From NCBI GenBank assembly GCA_028023455.1, contig JAQFVV010000010.1, positions 14,818,001-14,882,000 of the forward strand: a stretch of DNA of 64,000 nucleotides, written 5' to 3'. The stretch comes from Epiperipatus broadwayi. Lineage: Eukaryota; Animalia; Onychophora. Below, piece by piece: positions 22,578-35,880 of this stretch. The notes beneath the pieces are model-generated. The model saw only the letters and a program-made list of their open reading frames with translations, did no database searches and had not been told where the DNA came from. Made by a program: the position numbers and the translations under genes. Numbering within the stretch: position 1 is the stretch's first letter; each line of letters begins with the position of its first letter.

Positions 22578-25084
22578 ATATACTAATCTGTGTGCTGTTA
22601 TTAAACAGTTGAATGTAATTGGAATATTTAAATAAAGTCAATTTTTTTCTAAAAAAAAACAATCAATACATTAGATGATGGAAATAGACCATTATATAAA
22701 TACAACTAAAATACCATCATCACAAACATTTAGGAAAACACTAATATTGTCATTCTTTATGATTTGTTTTTATATTGGATAGAATATGCAAGAATCATAA
22801 ATAAACATCTATTACGATGGTTTTTAAGTCACGTATCTAAAACTGTCAATGATATGCTTGCTTCAGTCTCATCATATGTTCTACTGGACATGGCTGATGG
22901 ATTATTAGTCGAGCTATGTTCAGAATAATATAGAGGATTTTGATAAGATGACATTTAGCTGTCATATTCCAAGTATAAAATCTCAGCTTTGCAAATTTTA
23001 TATGCAATTTTGTTTATTGTATGTGTTATATAAAATGTTTAAAATATTTATAGATATCATTTATATCTTTTAGAAACCTGCTGAGTAATTTAATGCAGGT
23101 GAAGGTGTGAAATAAATAATGGTATATTCAATTAAAATGTACTACTTAAAAGTTTTCATAATGAAATTGTGATTGCAGTATATATATATGTATTACTTAT
23201 ATGATTTTTGGCCTGTGAAACATATTTAGACATTTGCTCCATGTATAAATTTATATATTCTATATGTTACATATTTAATAGCCAAAATTTATTTATAGAC
23301 ATTAAAAATTATTAATCATTGAAAACCAGTCAACACTTAGACAGTATCAACAATTTCTAACTGTTGTCAAGGCAACCTCCTTTTAACAATAAGGATAGAA
23401 TCCCTTTATTAGTATTTCATCCGGTTTGCATTCGAAACTGTAAGCTTCCTTATTAATATAAAAGTTTCAAACTTTAGTACCATTGATGCTTGGTTTATTT
23501 ATTTACTAAGTGCTTGAGTATCAGATAAGGATGACCATTTTTTATCTGATCAATGAATTGCCATTAATGTGAAAGAGTGGGTTTGTGTGGTTATTTGGGA
23601 AGTTGACTTATGAATATATAGAATGTATTTACTTGATCCATGAATAAGTTTATATATTCTAAATATTACATATTTAATAGTCATAATTTATTTACAGCCC
23701 TTGTAAAAATTCACATGAAATAAATAAGCATTATTTATTAAAATTTACAAGTGGAAAGTTTTTTTTTTTTTTGTATAAGATGTCTGACTTACGATGATAG
23801 TTTCAGTCTGATGATCCCAGTTATTTTTATGGTTTACTTTATAATTTATTGCTAAGAATATTATTGAATTAGTACTGAAGGTAAACTATACAACTGCGAA
23901 AGTTATGTGATGTTTTTATCTTCATACATTTTACAGTAATTTGAAAGTTGATTTTTGAAATAATTTGTAGAATTATTTTTTTGTTTATATATACATTACC
24001 ATTAACATATAAAAATTTGAAAGAAAATTTTTGTTTTGAGTAAGAACAATCCAAATTATTGTGTTGATTACTTGTTATAATGATATGTATTCAGTAACTG
24101 AAGAAATCTTATAAACAGTTATAACTAACGCACATTTTTATTTAATAATTTGTGCAGAAATATCTCTCACGAGTTGCTTCAAACTCTGCAGATTGCCTTA
24201 CATTATAATTCCATGGCAAAATAGTTTATGAACAAGATAAAATGTTTTTGCATTACAGTGAATTTGTATCCCTATTATACTATTAACTTACATTCACCAC
24301 ATATATTCATCCCCACTGTGGAACTATGTTATATATACTGTATATTTTAATTCAATATAATGTTATTTCAAACTTAACCTAATTTGATAAAAAATGAGAA
24401 TTAAGATGTGGAATTTTAGAAGAAAAAAAAAACTATTCCTACTAAGCAACAAATTGAACATGTTTTTCAAGTACTTTATTAATAAATTGCAGGTTAGTTT
24501 TGAGCAAGCTTTATAAAATGACATTTCTTGCTAATAAAAAAAAAAAAAAAGAATAAAAATTCTTGCTAAATAATTCATTCTGTAAATGAAAGGTTTTAGT
24601 TTTTTGTTGTTGTTATTGTTGTTAATTGGTCTGTTTAAATAATTTATTTGATGTAAAGTCATTTGTTTATACTGTTTGTTCAAGGTATTTTTATATAAAT
24701 GTGATGTGAAATCTTAATAAATATAATTTAATATGGCAAAATGAATCACTTGTTTCACAATAATTCCATTTATATTTAATATAATAGAGAAATAAGTAAT
24801 AAGTACAGAGAAAGTGAGGTTTAAATAAATTTGTTTATTAATCTGCTGAATTAACTTTCAACACAGAGTGTTTGTTTCAAAGCATAACTGGTAGATAATT
24901 AGCAGGGGGTGATAGTAATTCCGATTATAAAAGATTAAACTTGCAGATTTGGAAAGATTTGCATGATTGCATATATTATAGGTAATTGCTAACATTGTCA
25001 GATTAAACAACCAATGCCTATCAAGAGGAACAGTATTGGCTTGTATATTTATTGTGTATGGAATTAATTATGTGACACACCTCT

Positions 25085-25640
25085 TTAATCTTATGGTTTT
25101 TGTCATTACTCTTGAGGCATACAATCCTGGCAGATGCGGATTTAAAAGGGTGGCTGGCAACTTTCTCATGTTCCAAAAAACTGCTTGATGAATTTGTTTT
25201 TGCTCTACTATATAAATAGGTGTGTTGAGAGATTCTTGATTTTAAGTTGGCTCAAGTCTCACCATAATGGGCAACCTATGGCATATACTAATTGTCATCA
25301 CTGCAAACTATCCTTCGAATGATTGATAAGTGTGTTGAGGGATGGAGGGCATGTGAAGCCAATATTGAAGTCTTCAGAAAGAATGGACTTTAATTTCGAG
25401 TGGAGGTTGGCATTGACATATTGATTGAGGGTTTCATGTCTGGCAATCTGACATATTTGTGCCTATTGTAGAATGCCCTAATTTGATTGTCTAGTATATG
25501 GGAGCCATGTAGCCTGCCTGAATTAGGTCACTCTTGTAAGCTTCACAGTTGCCATTGGTGTCTGCTAAAGCTTTGAAGCTGGCTGCTTGTATTAAAATGG
25601 GATTTTTGATTGTGGATGTGAGTAGCCTCTAATGCTGATG
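25085..25640 (-). pseudogene. Second, older Penelope-like fragment (thumb plus GIY-YIG), not in the ORF track
   Basis: Frameshifted minus-strand translation HPQSK...EAYKSDLIQAGY...YVNANLHSKLKSIL...PPSLNTLINHSKD...VYAIGCP..YGET..LKSRISQH...FLEHEKVASH. Confidence 0.7.
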
Positions 25641-26496
25641 GGTTTTGTCTATTACATATTTTCTACAGCTTTAAACTTCTGTTTTATATATTACATATAT
25701 TCAAAAATTAGCAAGCTAAAAATAAAAAATGTGCAAGTATACTTATACAAAAAGTATCTGCAATATCTTTCAAAATTTGTATCAATAAAAGCAGTTAAGA
25801 GCATACATTTTTAAATAATAGTAGTTGAATAAGAATAAAATAAATGATGCAATAATAAACTGGGCTTTCTTAAGATGCTGCCAATTCAGAAAATAAAAAT
25901 ATGTTTAAGCATTAGTTGCATAGTTTCTAAAAAAAGAAGCTAAAAAGATAAATATAGCATAAATATTTTGAATGAGATGTATGCTGAAGTTAGCATTGTT
26001 AGTGTGATATTTTTTCGTGTATTAAGTTAATAGTTGTCATTGGTTGTTTCACGATATGTATGAATGAGAAAGCTATAATATATAAGAATGAGCTTTATAT
26101 TTTCAGTATGAAGTCTTGTAGTTACAATAGCAAAGTACTTTATAAAAAAATTAACTTTGTAAGTAAAATTATCTAAAGAGAATGAACATAAACATTAGTA
26201 TAGATTATGGCAATAACAACAACAAAAAAAGTTGTTGTTAGGAATATAGGCAAGCCTTAAGATTTAACTTAATTTGAATCAATCACAGATATCAGTTTTG
26301 AGATCAAATATGTTTAAACTTTTAAAGTTTTCAAAATATTTTACATTTACATTTGAATCTTCCACAGCATCTTACAAAACATTCAGACTATTTTCCTAAA
26401 TCTTTTCTTTGATTTTAAAAATTCGTTTAATGGTTATATCAAACGTTATTTTATTTTTTTAACATTTTACTGTTTCCTTTAACTTCTCTTGATTAT

Positions 26497-27116
26497 AATG
26501 AATTAGAAGAAGTTAACAATTACAAATACCTTGGTCAGATTATTAATACAGATGGAAACTTAATGAATGAAATTAATCATAGAATTAAACTAGGTTGGAG
26601 TGATTTTGGTAGAAATAACTTGATTCTAAAAGGAAATATGCCTATGTGTTTGAAAAGGAAGGTTTTTAATAAATGTGTTTTACCATTTCTTACATATGGA
26701 TCTGAGACTTGGACACTTAGTAGAAGAGCAATACAGAGACTTCAGACCACTCAAAGAAGTATGGAGAAATGCATGTTGGGTGTGACAAGAAGAGATCGAA
26801 AACGCAATGTGTATGGGTAAGAGAACAAACAGGTGTTACTGATCTCATTGAAAAAAATTAAAAGTTTGAAGTGGAGTTGGGCTGGACATATTGCTAGAAG
26901 AGATGATAATAGATGGACAATTGAAATTTTTAAACTGAATTCCAAGAGATTGTAAAAGATCCAGAAAGAGACCACATGTGAGATGGATGGATGAAATAAG
27001 AAAGTGTGCAGGGGTGATGTGGAGGAGAGAAGCTAAAGATCGGAGAAGATGGACTGAACTTGGAGAGACCTTTATCCTTCAGTGGATTGATAATAGTTGA
27101 TGATAATGATGATGAT
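26497..27116 (+). mobile_element. RTE-clade LINE 3' end (RT C-terminus plus GAT/GATAAT tail)
   Basis: ELEEVNNYKYLGQ...EINHRIKLGW..F...LKRKVFNKCVLPFLTYGSETW...QRSMEKCMLGVTRRDRKRN/WVREQTGV.D....KWSWAGHIARRDDNRWT; 2-bp frameshift near 26810; ends in gatgataatgatgatgat. Confidence 0.9.
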
Positions 27117-27227
27117 TTTTTTTCTTTACTTCTGAGAGCATATTTGTTTTTTAATTTTTCAAAAATTGATCTTGTTTTATTGACTCTTTAATTAAGTCAG
27201 TATTTTAAATCGTATTACTCCAGTCAA

Positions 27228-27298
27228 GCATTGGTGGCCTAGTGGTTAGCATAGCTGCTTTCCAAGCAGCTGGCCCGGTTCGCTTTCCGGTCAATGCA
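27228..27298 (+). tRNA. tRNA-Gly(TCC) gene or pseudogene
   Basis: Acceptor GCATTGG/TCAATGC, D arm, anticodon arm GCTGC-TTTCCAA-GCAGC; T arm is one base short with altered B box (GGTTCGCTTTCC), so possibly non-functional. Confidence 0.75.
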
Positions 27299-30282
27299 TT
27301 TGACATGTGGAAAAAATCTTATCACTCCAACTAATTTGTTCCATTTTTTCAATACCCACATGTAAAAATTCTTCTACCATTTTTCTTCTCTTTTTCTAAT
27401 AGTTCATGTTTTTTTCTCCAGAAGCAAAAATAATGTTGCTTTTATTAAAAATCTGTTGAGGGAATTTTTATTATAATTTATTTTTTATTTTTCGTTTAAT
27501 TGGCTTAAATATATAAAATTTAAATTAGAAAATATAAGGAATGAACATTTTTTAATAATTGTCTTTAATAGTAATGGTTTATAATCAAAAGAATGGAAAT
27601 GATTAAGAATCAAGTGCAGATATGGAAAAATGATTATGAGTTTTCAAATAATATGCATACAGAATAAATAGGTATATATTTTTGACAGTTACTTTATATT
27701 TAATTATTTACAGTGAGAATGTGTTAATTTTCTGCCTTTAGATATCGTTTTTTATGTGCTCTTTCTAAAATAGAAAATAATCTGCGTATAAAATTTTTTT
27801 TTTTATAAAAAATAAATAATACTCAGTTATGTAAACATTTGATTTAGAACTAATAAAGATATGAAAACAAAATATACTGAATATGTATAATGGTTAGCAC
27901 ATCCATTTGCCAAGCTATGTCCTGATGTTAAGTCTGAGTTGGATGAACCTTCATATAGTTTCAGCTCACCAATAGACTTTTTTTTTTTCAAATAGTGCAT
28001 CGCCAACCAAGCTAAGTATATAATATTTGTTGGCAAATGTCTGCCTCTCTCAGATTAATGTGAGTTTATTAAATTAGTATCAATGTGTTGATTATAAAAA
28101 TAAAAAAATATGATTTTAATATGATATATATATACTTTTACTAATAATAGATGAGGTGTAGATTCCTATGATTGTTTAACTCATAGTTACCTTTATCTTA
28201 ACTTTAATTCAAAGATAAATATTTATTATTGTATAATACAAAAAGATAACAAATAAATAGGTGATAAATATTAACTGCTGTATTCAGCTTATAAAATATG
28301 TCCGATAACTTGATAGATTGGGGTTGGGGTGGAACATAGACTGCTTGAGATTTCTTGATTTTTTTCAGAAGCACAACTTGAATATTTTTCTCTTGGATTA
28401 TTTAAAAAAAGAATTTAAAAATAATTAAAAGGGATTTTTTTGAAGTTAAAGTAGCCTATTGAGATCACATTTATTTCTCTTCACTTTCTAATTGTGTTCT
28501 CTGAAGGAGTCTCCTAAAAGTATGACGGTAAAAGATATAGAATTTCAGAGCATTTTATTATAGTAAAATATAAACATAGCCTAATTAAGGCAGCATTTGA
28601 GGTTTGGAAAAAAGTACCAAAAATCAAAAGTATCAAGGTTTTTTTTTTGTTTTACCAACAGATCATAAATTTAAAATCCTGAAAAGTTGAATTACTAATA
28701 AGAGTGCAGATTAAGCTAAGTGGTTTTAAAACATTCCTAACTGAAATTTTTTAAAAAAAATCAGATTGATTGAAAAAAATGTAGTTTATCTGACAATTTG
28801 GTGCAAAAATTTCACTTGGTCTTATGATAAATAAATAATGAGTTTTAGTTCTTTCTAAGAAAACTTATTAAGATATAATTGTGTCTGTATAATAAAAAGA
28901 AAAACTGATCTTAGACTAAAATATTAGTTTGTTTTAAGTTCTTTCAGTAATGCCAAGATAAGAATAACTTAGAGTAAAGCAAAAATCACTAATACTGATC
29001 ACATCCTTCATAATTTATCAAAAATAAAAAGGAAATTAATTCTAAAAGGAAAATCACTTTGAAAAATTGGTTTTCTAAGAATCCATAACAGCTGCCAAAA
29101 ATGAATTCTCCATTTAAAAAAAAAAAAAAAGATCAAGGTTGAACTTCAATTCAAGAATCTTAAGCATATCCTTAATCTTGAAAAAAAATTGGGGAAATCT
29201 GTTTATTCAAATTAAATTTAATTGGTAGGTAATAAAATTATGATAAATATAAAAGAAGAAAAGAGAACAGAATTGCTTTTTTTTTTTTTAAAAAAAAAAA
29301 AAAAGGAATAAAATTGCTAAGTGGTATCTGGAAATTCCATTGTTATTATTTTTGAAACATTCTTTGTAAAAGGTTGTACTTACAGGGATTATTCTAATAC
29401 AATGCTCTCAACTCACATTATCTTTGTAACTTATTCATGTTATTTTATTCTAGAAATGCCATGCTTATCCAAAATTCATTTTCCATTTTAAAACTTACAT
29501 GACTTTTTAAAAGACGGGTGGGGGGGTAATATTTTTTGTTTAAATCTTGGAAATTACTTTGAACTAATTATGGATGTGATGTGATGTGATGTATTATGGC
29601 TTCTCCTTAAACGAAGTCAAGAATATCTCAGCAATTAAGCCCAGATAAACCTGTTAGCCACTTTCTTTTACATTCCAATAAAGAAAATAATTTATTTATC
29701 TTTATACCACCATGTCACATTCATATATATATTATTTTCTGATGGTATATTGAACGTATTTAATTTGTAACATCAGAAGAAGATAAAGCACATTTTTTCC
29801 AGCTTTATAGAATCGCATTTGTTCTATACAGGTGTGTTGTAATGTTTCTGGCCCCATTGCTCTATTTTCTTGTCAAATATTATTTATCAATATCTAGAGT
29901 GTATGGAACTTGTTAACTTAAACATTTTTTTAAAGATCATCTTAAAAGTTGAAAATGACAACTACAGGGCAATCCAATCTGGCAGATGTAGCAAATTGGA
30001 AAATTTGTTTTGCAAATAAAATTAAATGATCTGTGTTCTTTGTTTAATCTTGTATTTCAACATGGTTAAAAAAATTTCAGATTTTCATCAATACCTATAA
30101 CAGAAATAAATAAATTAGTTTATAATTTTAAAAAATCATTTAAATTTAAAGTGGAAAGTGTCTGTTGCATTATCCAGGTATATAAAATTAAAATAAATTG
30201 TAGTATAGAAAGAAATATTGATGAGGATTATCCAAAAGCAAAATTATATCAAAAGGCAACATCAGTAAGTGAAAATAATAGA

Positions 30283-30397
30283 TTTTTTTTTTTTTTCATA
30301 TGGTATAGCATCGGCCAGGAGGCGAACCCACAGACGTCTGCAACCAACTACTTGCTTGCAAGGTGGCTGCGGTGACCTCTCGGTTAACAACACTTGA
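30283..30397 (-). mobile_element. tRNA-Gly-derived SINE (subfamily with anticodon-arm insertion)
   Basis: Similar to 35764-35880 and 56185-56297; B box GGGTTCGCCTCC. Confidence 0.8.
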
Positions 30398-30879
30398 TAT
30401 CTCTATAACCAAACTAGAAAACATTACGATTAGATTTAAAGGCCATCAGTATAGTGTTTATTTACAATTGAAAAAATATTAAATTAATTGGAATGAATTG
30501 GAGCTCTAGGAGTTGACGATTTTCAAAAAAAGTTTGAACCTATTCTTTTTAAAACTTTAGCACATAAATTTAATTGGTATCTTTGTAAAAGTACATGTGA
30601 AATGACAATATTTTAAAAAAAAAAAAGTAATATTGGTGCAAATCTAAAAGCTGAAATCAACACTAAATAAAATGAATCATAACTGTTAGAAAGTGAATCA
30701 ATACAGTAAAAGTCATGCCATAAGTCTATATAAATACATTTATCTATTCAAAAAATTTAAAATATTAAACAAAATTTCATTGGCAATAATTAAAAGAATA
30801 TTACTGTCATGGATAACTATTATGATAAATTAGAATGTGGTTGTAATGATTAAAACTTTTTAAATACTAATTTAATCAT

Positions 30880-31020
30880 CATGAATTTATGGTTGGGAAA
30901 CATGGACTATAACAAAACAAAAAAAGAAAATGAAAAGAAATTTAAGAGGGAATTTATGATCGTTAAAAAAAAAAAGAATTGGGCAGGATATTTTTAGAAT
31001 CAAAATTAGAAGGTAACTAT
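30880..31020 (+). pseudogene. Old RTE-like LINE relic
   Basis: YGWETWTITK and downstream NWAGYF match the YGxETW and WAGH motifs seen intact at 26.7-26.9 kb. Confidence 0.35.
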
Positions 31021-32815
31021 GAGTTTATTCTAATGGTATGGTGATGGAGCTAATATCAGTTCTCATGGGCAATTATTACAGTTAAATAAATTATTTTTTA
31101 AAGAAGAATTTATCTGTATTATTAACATTGGCATTTATATTTTTAAATAAAATATAATAGCTATAAAACTATAGTAGTGCACACTTTTTAATCTGTAATA
31201 CCATTTAGGTGATAAACTTATATATGATAACAAGCAATTGTATTAATTTAAGTCAATGAAATAATTTAATAATCGAATACTAGCATATTAAGGAAAGAAT
31301 ATAATATAGTGCAGTTCCATTTATCAAATAATTGAAATTCCAACCATAGATTTGCTACAAATTTTAGATCTTAGCAAAAATTAAGGGGAAAAAACAAATA
31401 TGTTTGAGAATCGTATGTTTAGCAGTCAAAAATGAATATTTTTGTAATTGAGGTTTTTATATTTTAAAGCACTATAAATCTGTAAATGAATATTCTTTAA
31501 CCATTTTTGATAAAGTATTATTGCCATTAAATGTTTTTCCAAGCCTTCACTTAATCTTATGAAAAAATAATATTCTTACAGAAAATTTTTGCATCAGAAC
31601 TATGATTTGTCAATAGTTAATGTGATAAAATCACAGTTTGAGGTATGATAGATCCTGTAAAAATAATATCCATTTGGAGGAAAACAAAATATGCAGGAAT
31701 AAAATATAAGATAAACAACGAATTGATTATCAATATAATTTGTCAGGGAATAACAAGAATCAAATTATTAATAAATAAATAATGCAAACTAGAGTTGGGT
31801 CACCATATTTTTTTCAAAGCTCTGGTTTAATAATCACATCTATCCTATCACATTGTTGTGTTGCAATAACATTATTTACATTCCTGTTAATGCATTGCTG
31901 ATGTAAAATTGGAAATTAAGATTTCATGTAATATAATCCTAAAATGCAAATTTAATGAGCAATTCTGCCAACTCTTAAAAAATACAAAATGTTTTGTTTA
32001 TGTAATAAAATGAAAATAATTGATTCAATTTGAAAGAAAAAAGTCATATGCTGAAGATGATTTGAAATCTAAAAACAAATAAAATAAAATCATGAAGTAG
32101 TAAAAACTTTAAAAAGAAATTTGTACTAGTGTTACCTGAACTTCTGAAATTGCAAAAGTTATATTCTCTGGGTGTGATAAGTGTATAGTGAAGATTGAAA
32201 AAGTCTTAAATTTCTAAATGGAAATGTGAATAGAAAGAATATTTTATTAAGCAGAAATCAGTATGAATTTAAAAACCTCACTATGAATCTGTATCTCAAT
32301 ATCTATCTATGAATATGTATCTGTATTTCAGTATTATCAGATTTTCCCGCAAGAAGAATGAAATAGTAACTTTTTTTTTGTATAAAAATAATTTAATAGT
32401 ATTTTAAGTGTATATATATATAATCCCTATTTTCTCTGTTGTCTGATTGAGGGATGTATGTTTGTTCGTAAAGCTGCCATATGATCCATGTGAATGTTTG
32501 TTAAAGCAACCAATTAAAAAAAAATATTACAAAAACGGAATTTATTAATACTTTGCCAGATAAGCTCCAAACATTTTTTATTTTCAATTGTAAATTTCTC
32601 ACATTTATTTATATATTATTAAATTTTTTTGTTTAATCTACCTTAAATCTTTAAAAAAAAATTGTTAAAGCAACCAATAATTCAATTACAAAGCATTCAC
32701 ATATCAAAATGAGTTTTTCAAAAGGCCAGATACATTTCTGTATCATATTATAAAAGTTCTTATTCATTAAAATGCATTTGCAGGCATTATTTCAACTTTT
32801 TTTTTTTCATGCATT

Positions 32816-33539
32816 TATGAGGTGGGATCCAAAAGTAACTGGAATCGTTCTCTGGTTTGTGCGCCTGTTGTAGTATATGCTTAAGCTATTACATACTTTA
32901 TGCATGGATTCTTCTGCATCAATCTGCCAAATGACATAACCATGTGAAATCTTGAGTTCATGCAGCATTTTTTTTTAAAGTGTGTTTCATATTTGTAATT
33001 TTTTTTATAACGATTGAAATGTTAAAACTAATGCTGATTTTTTTTTATGCAAATGATATTTTCCTCTTAGATTTAGTTCATAAGAGTCACACATTTTATT
33101 TATAAGTTCTGAAATATTTGTGCGATGTGGTAAAATGTAAAAAAAAAGTGCAAACTTCACCCCAACACTGTCATCTCTCAAAGCTTTGAATGTGAAACAC
33201 TTTTTAATTTAATTCAGCATGTTCTAGCTTTTTTATCAACCATATTTGTTGTATTTTCTTGATCTCACTTCCTGCAATTTTTTTTTAAATCTCTTGATTG
33301 AAAAAATGTTTCAATTTTTTTTTTTTTGATTGAGGAGTGGGGGGTGGGGTGTCAAGAGATGTTAAAATGCATTGTTTTGCAAGTATTTCCAGAGTACTTT
33401 GAAAAATGAAAAACATGTTTAGATTGGTGTATTGCATCAAATGGATAGTAATTTGAAAAAGATTAAATGTATAACCCTTAAAAATAAATAAACATTTTTT
33501 TATTATAAAATTCTAGTTATTTTGGGGTACCCTCGTGTA
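32816..33539 (+). mobile_element. Decayed mariner/Tc1 element
   Basis: Mariner-like imperfect TIRs TATGAGGTGGGATCCAAAAGTAACTGGAAT (32816-32845) and rc TACACGAGGGTACCCCAAAATAACTAGAAT (33510-33539); internal K.ML..FF..N.I..L..V....T...Y.VLK-like stretch at about 33025-33120. Confidence 0.45.
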
Positions 33540-35763
33540 TTAACAATAATCATTTTTTTGCTACTATAATATGAATTGATTATTAATAAAATATTTATCT
33601 TTTAAGATTGAATTTTATTTTATTTATAAAATCCAGATTTGTATATTTAATAATTTTAAATTAGCAACTTTCAACTTAAATAAGTCATTAAAGAATAAGA
33701 AATGGGTTCAAAATAAGTTATCAGTGAATGAACTGAATTTATTTTTACTGAGGTGGGGGGCACCAAATTACATATACTATTTTTCATATAACTATTACAG
33801 TGTTTGTGTGTTTCACATTAATTAATAATCTTTAATTATTATTACTTGTGATATACAATGATCATAAAGTATCTGTTCAATTAACATTCATTTTATGTGA
33901 ACTATTTGTGTTAAACACTCATTTGTATTTATATAATAGAAATTATTTTATTTTGGCTTATTGAGTATACATGTACTGGCAAAGAACGAAACATCGGCAT
34001 TGCATAGAATGTCTAGGCATTCTATGCAATGCATAATGTTTTTGAATAAAGTATGAAATTTTATTTTGATTTTTTTACTTACTTTTCCTAGACGTATAGA
34101 ATACCTAATTCTAAAGAATGTCAATTAGATTTTCAGCAAAGTATGAAAAAGGCTTTAACAAAAAGATTCATGTGGAAAATGTAAGAAATCTGATTAGAAG
34201 ATGCAGATTATAATAAATGTTTACCTATATGTTAAATTTCTGATATTACCCTGGAGTTTTACTTTCTTTATTTTGAATATGGCACAATTAATATTTCTTA
34301 CTGATGAGCTCTCTGATGTTAAAACATAATAATAACAAATTAGCGCATGATAGTAGTGAAACGCAATTTTTCTCTAAACATTAAATAAGCCCGGTAAACA
34401 ATGGAGGGCACTTTCATTTTAGAAGTAAAGCTCCAAGAAGGAAGGATTTTCAAATCCAAAAATTTAAAGACAATTTTTTTTTTTTACTCATCATTATCCA
34501 ACTGTAAAAGAATATACATAAGATTTACTAACAATTTCAATCATTAATTTTACTAATCACTTGTTCGTAAAACTTAACATTGCTGTCATCTTTGCTGTCT
34601 CAAACATTTGTGCAAAGAGTGTGTTATACTTTGGTGGTTTTCATTTTGGCATGTTATAGAATGCCTAGGAAATGTGTGGAAATCTATGTATTTCATATTT
34701 GGATGTCTCACTTTTGTCATTGTATACAATTCCTAGGCAGTCTATACAATTTCAGTTTTCACACTTTGCCAATAACATATATATATATATATATGCTTTT
34801 ATATTGGTAGCATTATTAGTAATTCAAATCCATATTGTGAACAGTAAAGTCAATGCCAAATTGGGTTTAGGAACTATTTCTAAAACAATTTCTCATCCTT
34901 TTATGTGCAAGAATATTCATCTGTATCCAATTAGGAGACTTTTATTCTGTAAATATTGATTAAAATCTGGATACACAGAGACGTAAATATAAAATTTTTG
35001 GTTAAATTAGTTTGTTTGATTCGAAATGGAGCACAGCATCCCATTTGTTGTAAAAACTGAATGAGGAAGCTAAGATTTAGTATTCTTATAACTATTTTCC
35101 AATCTTTTATTAGGTGAAAATAGGACATTTGTATTTTTTAGTTTATCGGCAGACTCATTAGACTGTCTTTTAATATATATGTGTGTGTAGGAGTTTTTAT
35201 GAAGTCAGAAACTACTTGTGCAATAATTTTTAGAAGTTCACTGAATTTCTAGTTTGAAATAATAAATAACTGTGCTTTTTACAATTAAGTGATTTAAATC
35301 TAAAAGAAAAGTATTTGTCCAATTAATTAATTTTTCAGCTGGAATTGATTTTCATAACTGATTTAAATAACCAAAGTAATCTTTTGTAATTGAAGTTTGA
35401 TAATTTATTATCTACTTGAGATGAACTCACAGGTGCTTTCTAGAATTCACATTAAGAGTGAATGAGGTGGAAAACTCATTTGCTTCAAAGTTTTCAAATG
35501 ATTAAAGAGTCACACTTTTATATTCTTAATTTAAATTCATAATCATTGTTCATTTGACAATAAAATATATTCTCATATATTATCTATTTCAAAATTAATA
35601 ATTTATATAGAAAAGGATTTTAATGATCACATTAATTTATAATGTAAGATTAATCATTTATAGTAAATTTAAAAGTCATCAATTACATACACACACACAA
35701 TCTTACATTTTTAATTTACCCTTTAAAACTGTACTTTTACAACACAACATTATCAACAAATTG

Positions 35764-35880
35764 TTTTTTTTTTCTCTCCTATGTCATAGCATCGGCCGGG
35801 ACGCGAACCCACAACTGTCTGCAAACCAACTATTTGTTTGCAATGCGGCTGCAATGACCTCTCGGCTAACAACGCTTGAC
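35764..35880 (-). mobile_element. tRNA-Gly-derived SINE
   Basis: Reverse complement gtcaaGCGTTGTTAGCCGAGAGG...GGGTTCGCGTCCCGGCCGATGCTATGACAT plus A tail; AATTGTT on both sides. Confidence 0.85.

Larger units (their letters stand above)
21960..22742. mobile_element. Head-to-head pair of tRNA-Lys-headed, hammerhead-containing SINEs (family H) with 12-bp TSD
   Basis: Minus copy starts at 22389 (GCCCAGATGGCTCAGTTGGTTAGAGCATT...GATTCAATTCC); plus copy starts at about 22394 with B box GGTTCAATTCC; each is followed by an HHR motif and a shared tail. TSD aatattgttatt (21948-21959) / aatattgtcatt (22743-22754). Confidence 0.85.

Noticed and set aside
23795-23830. CTGATGATCCCAG
   Set aside because: No downstream GAAA or pairing.
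34300-34372. CTGATGA...GAAACGC as a hammerhead
   Set aside because: No helix II or helix I pairing.
34931-35128. MGCCAP... as a myristoylated/palmitoylated N-terminal exon
   Set aside because: No convincing donor site or other support; could be chance.
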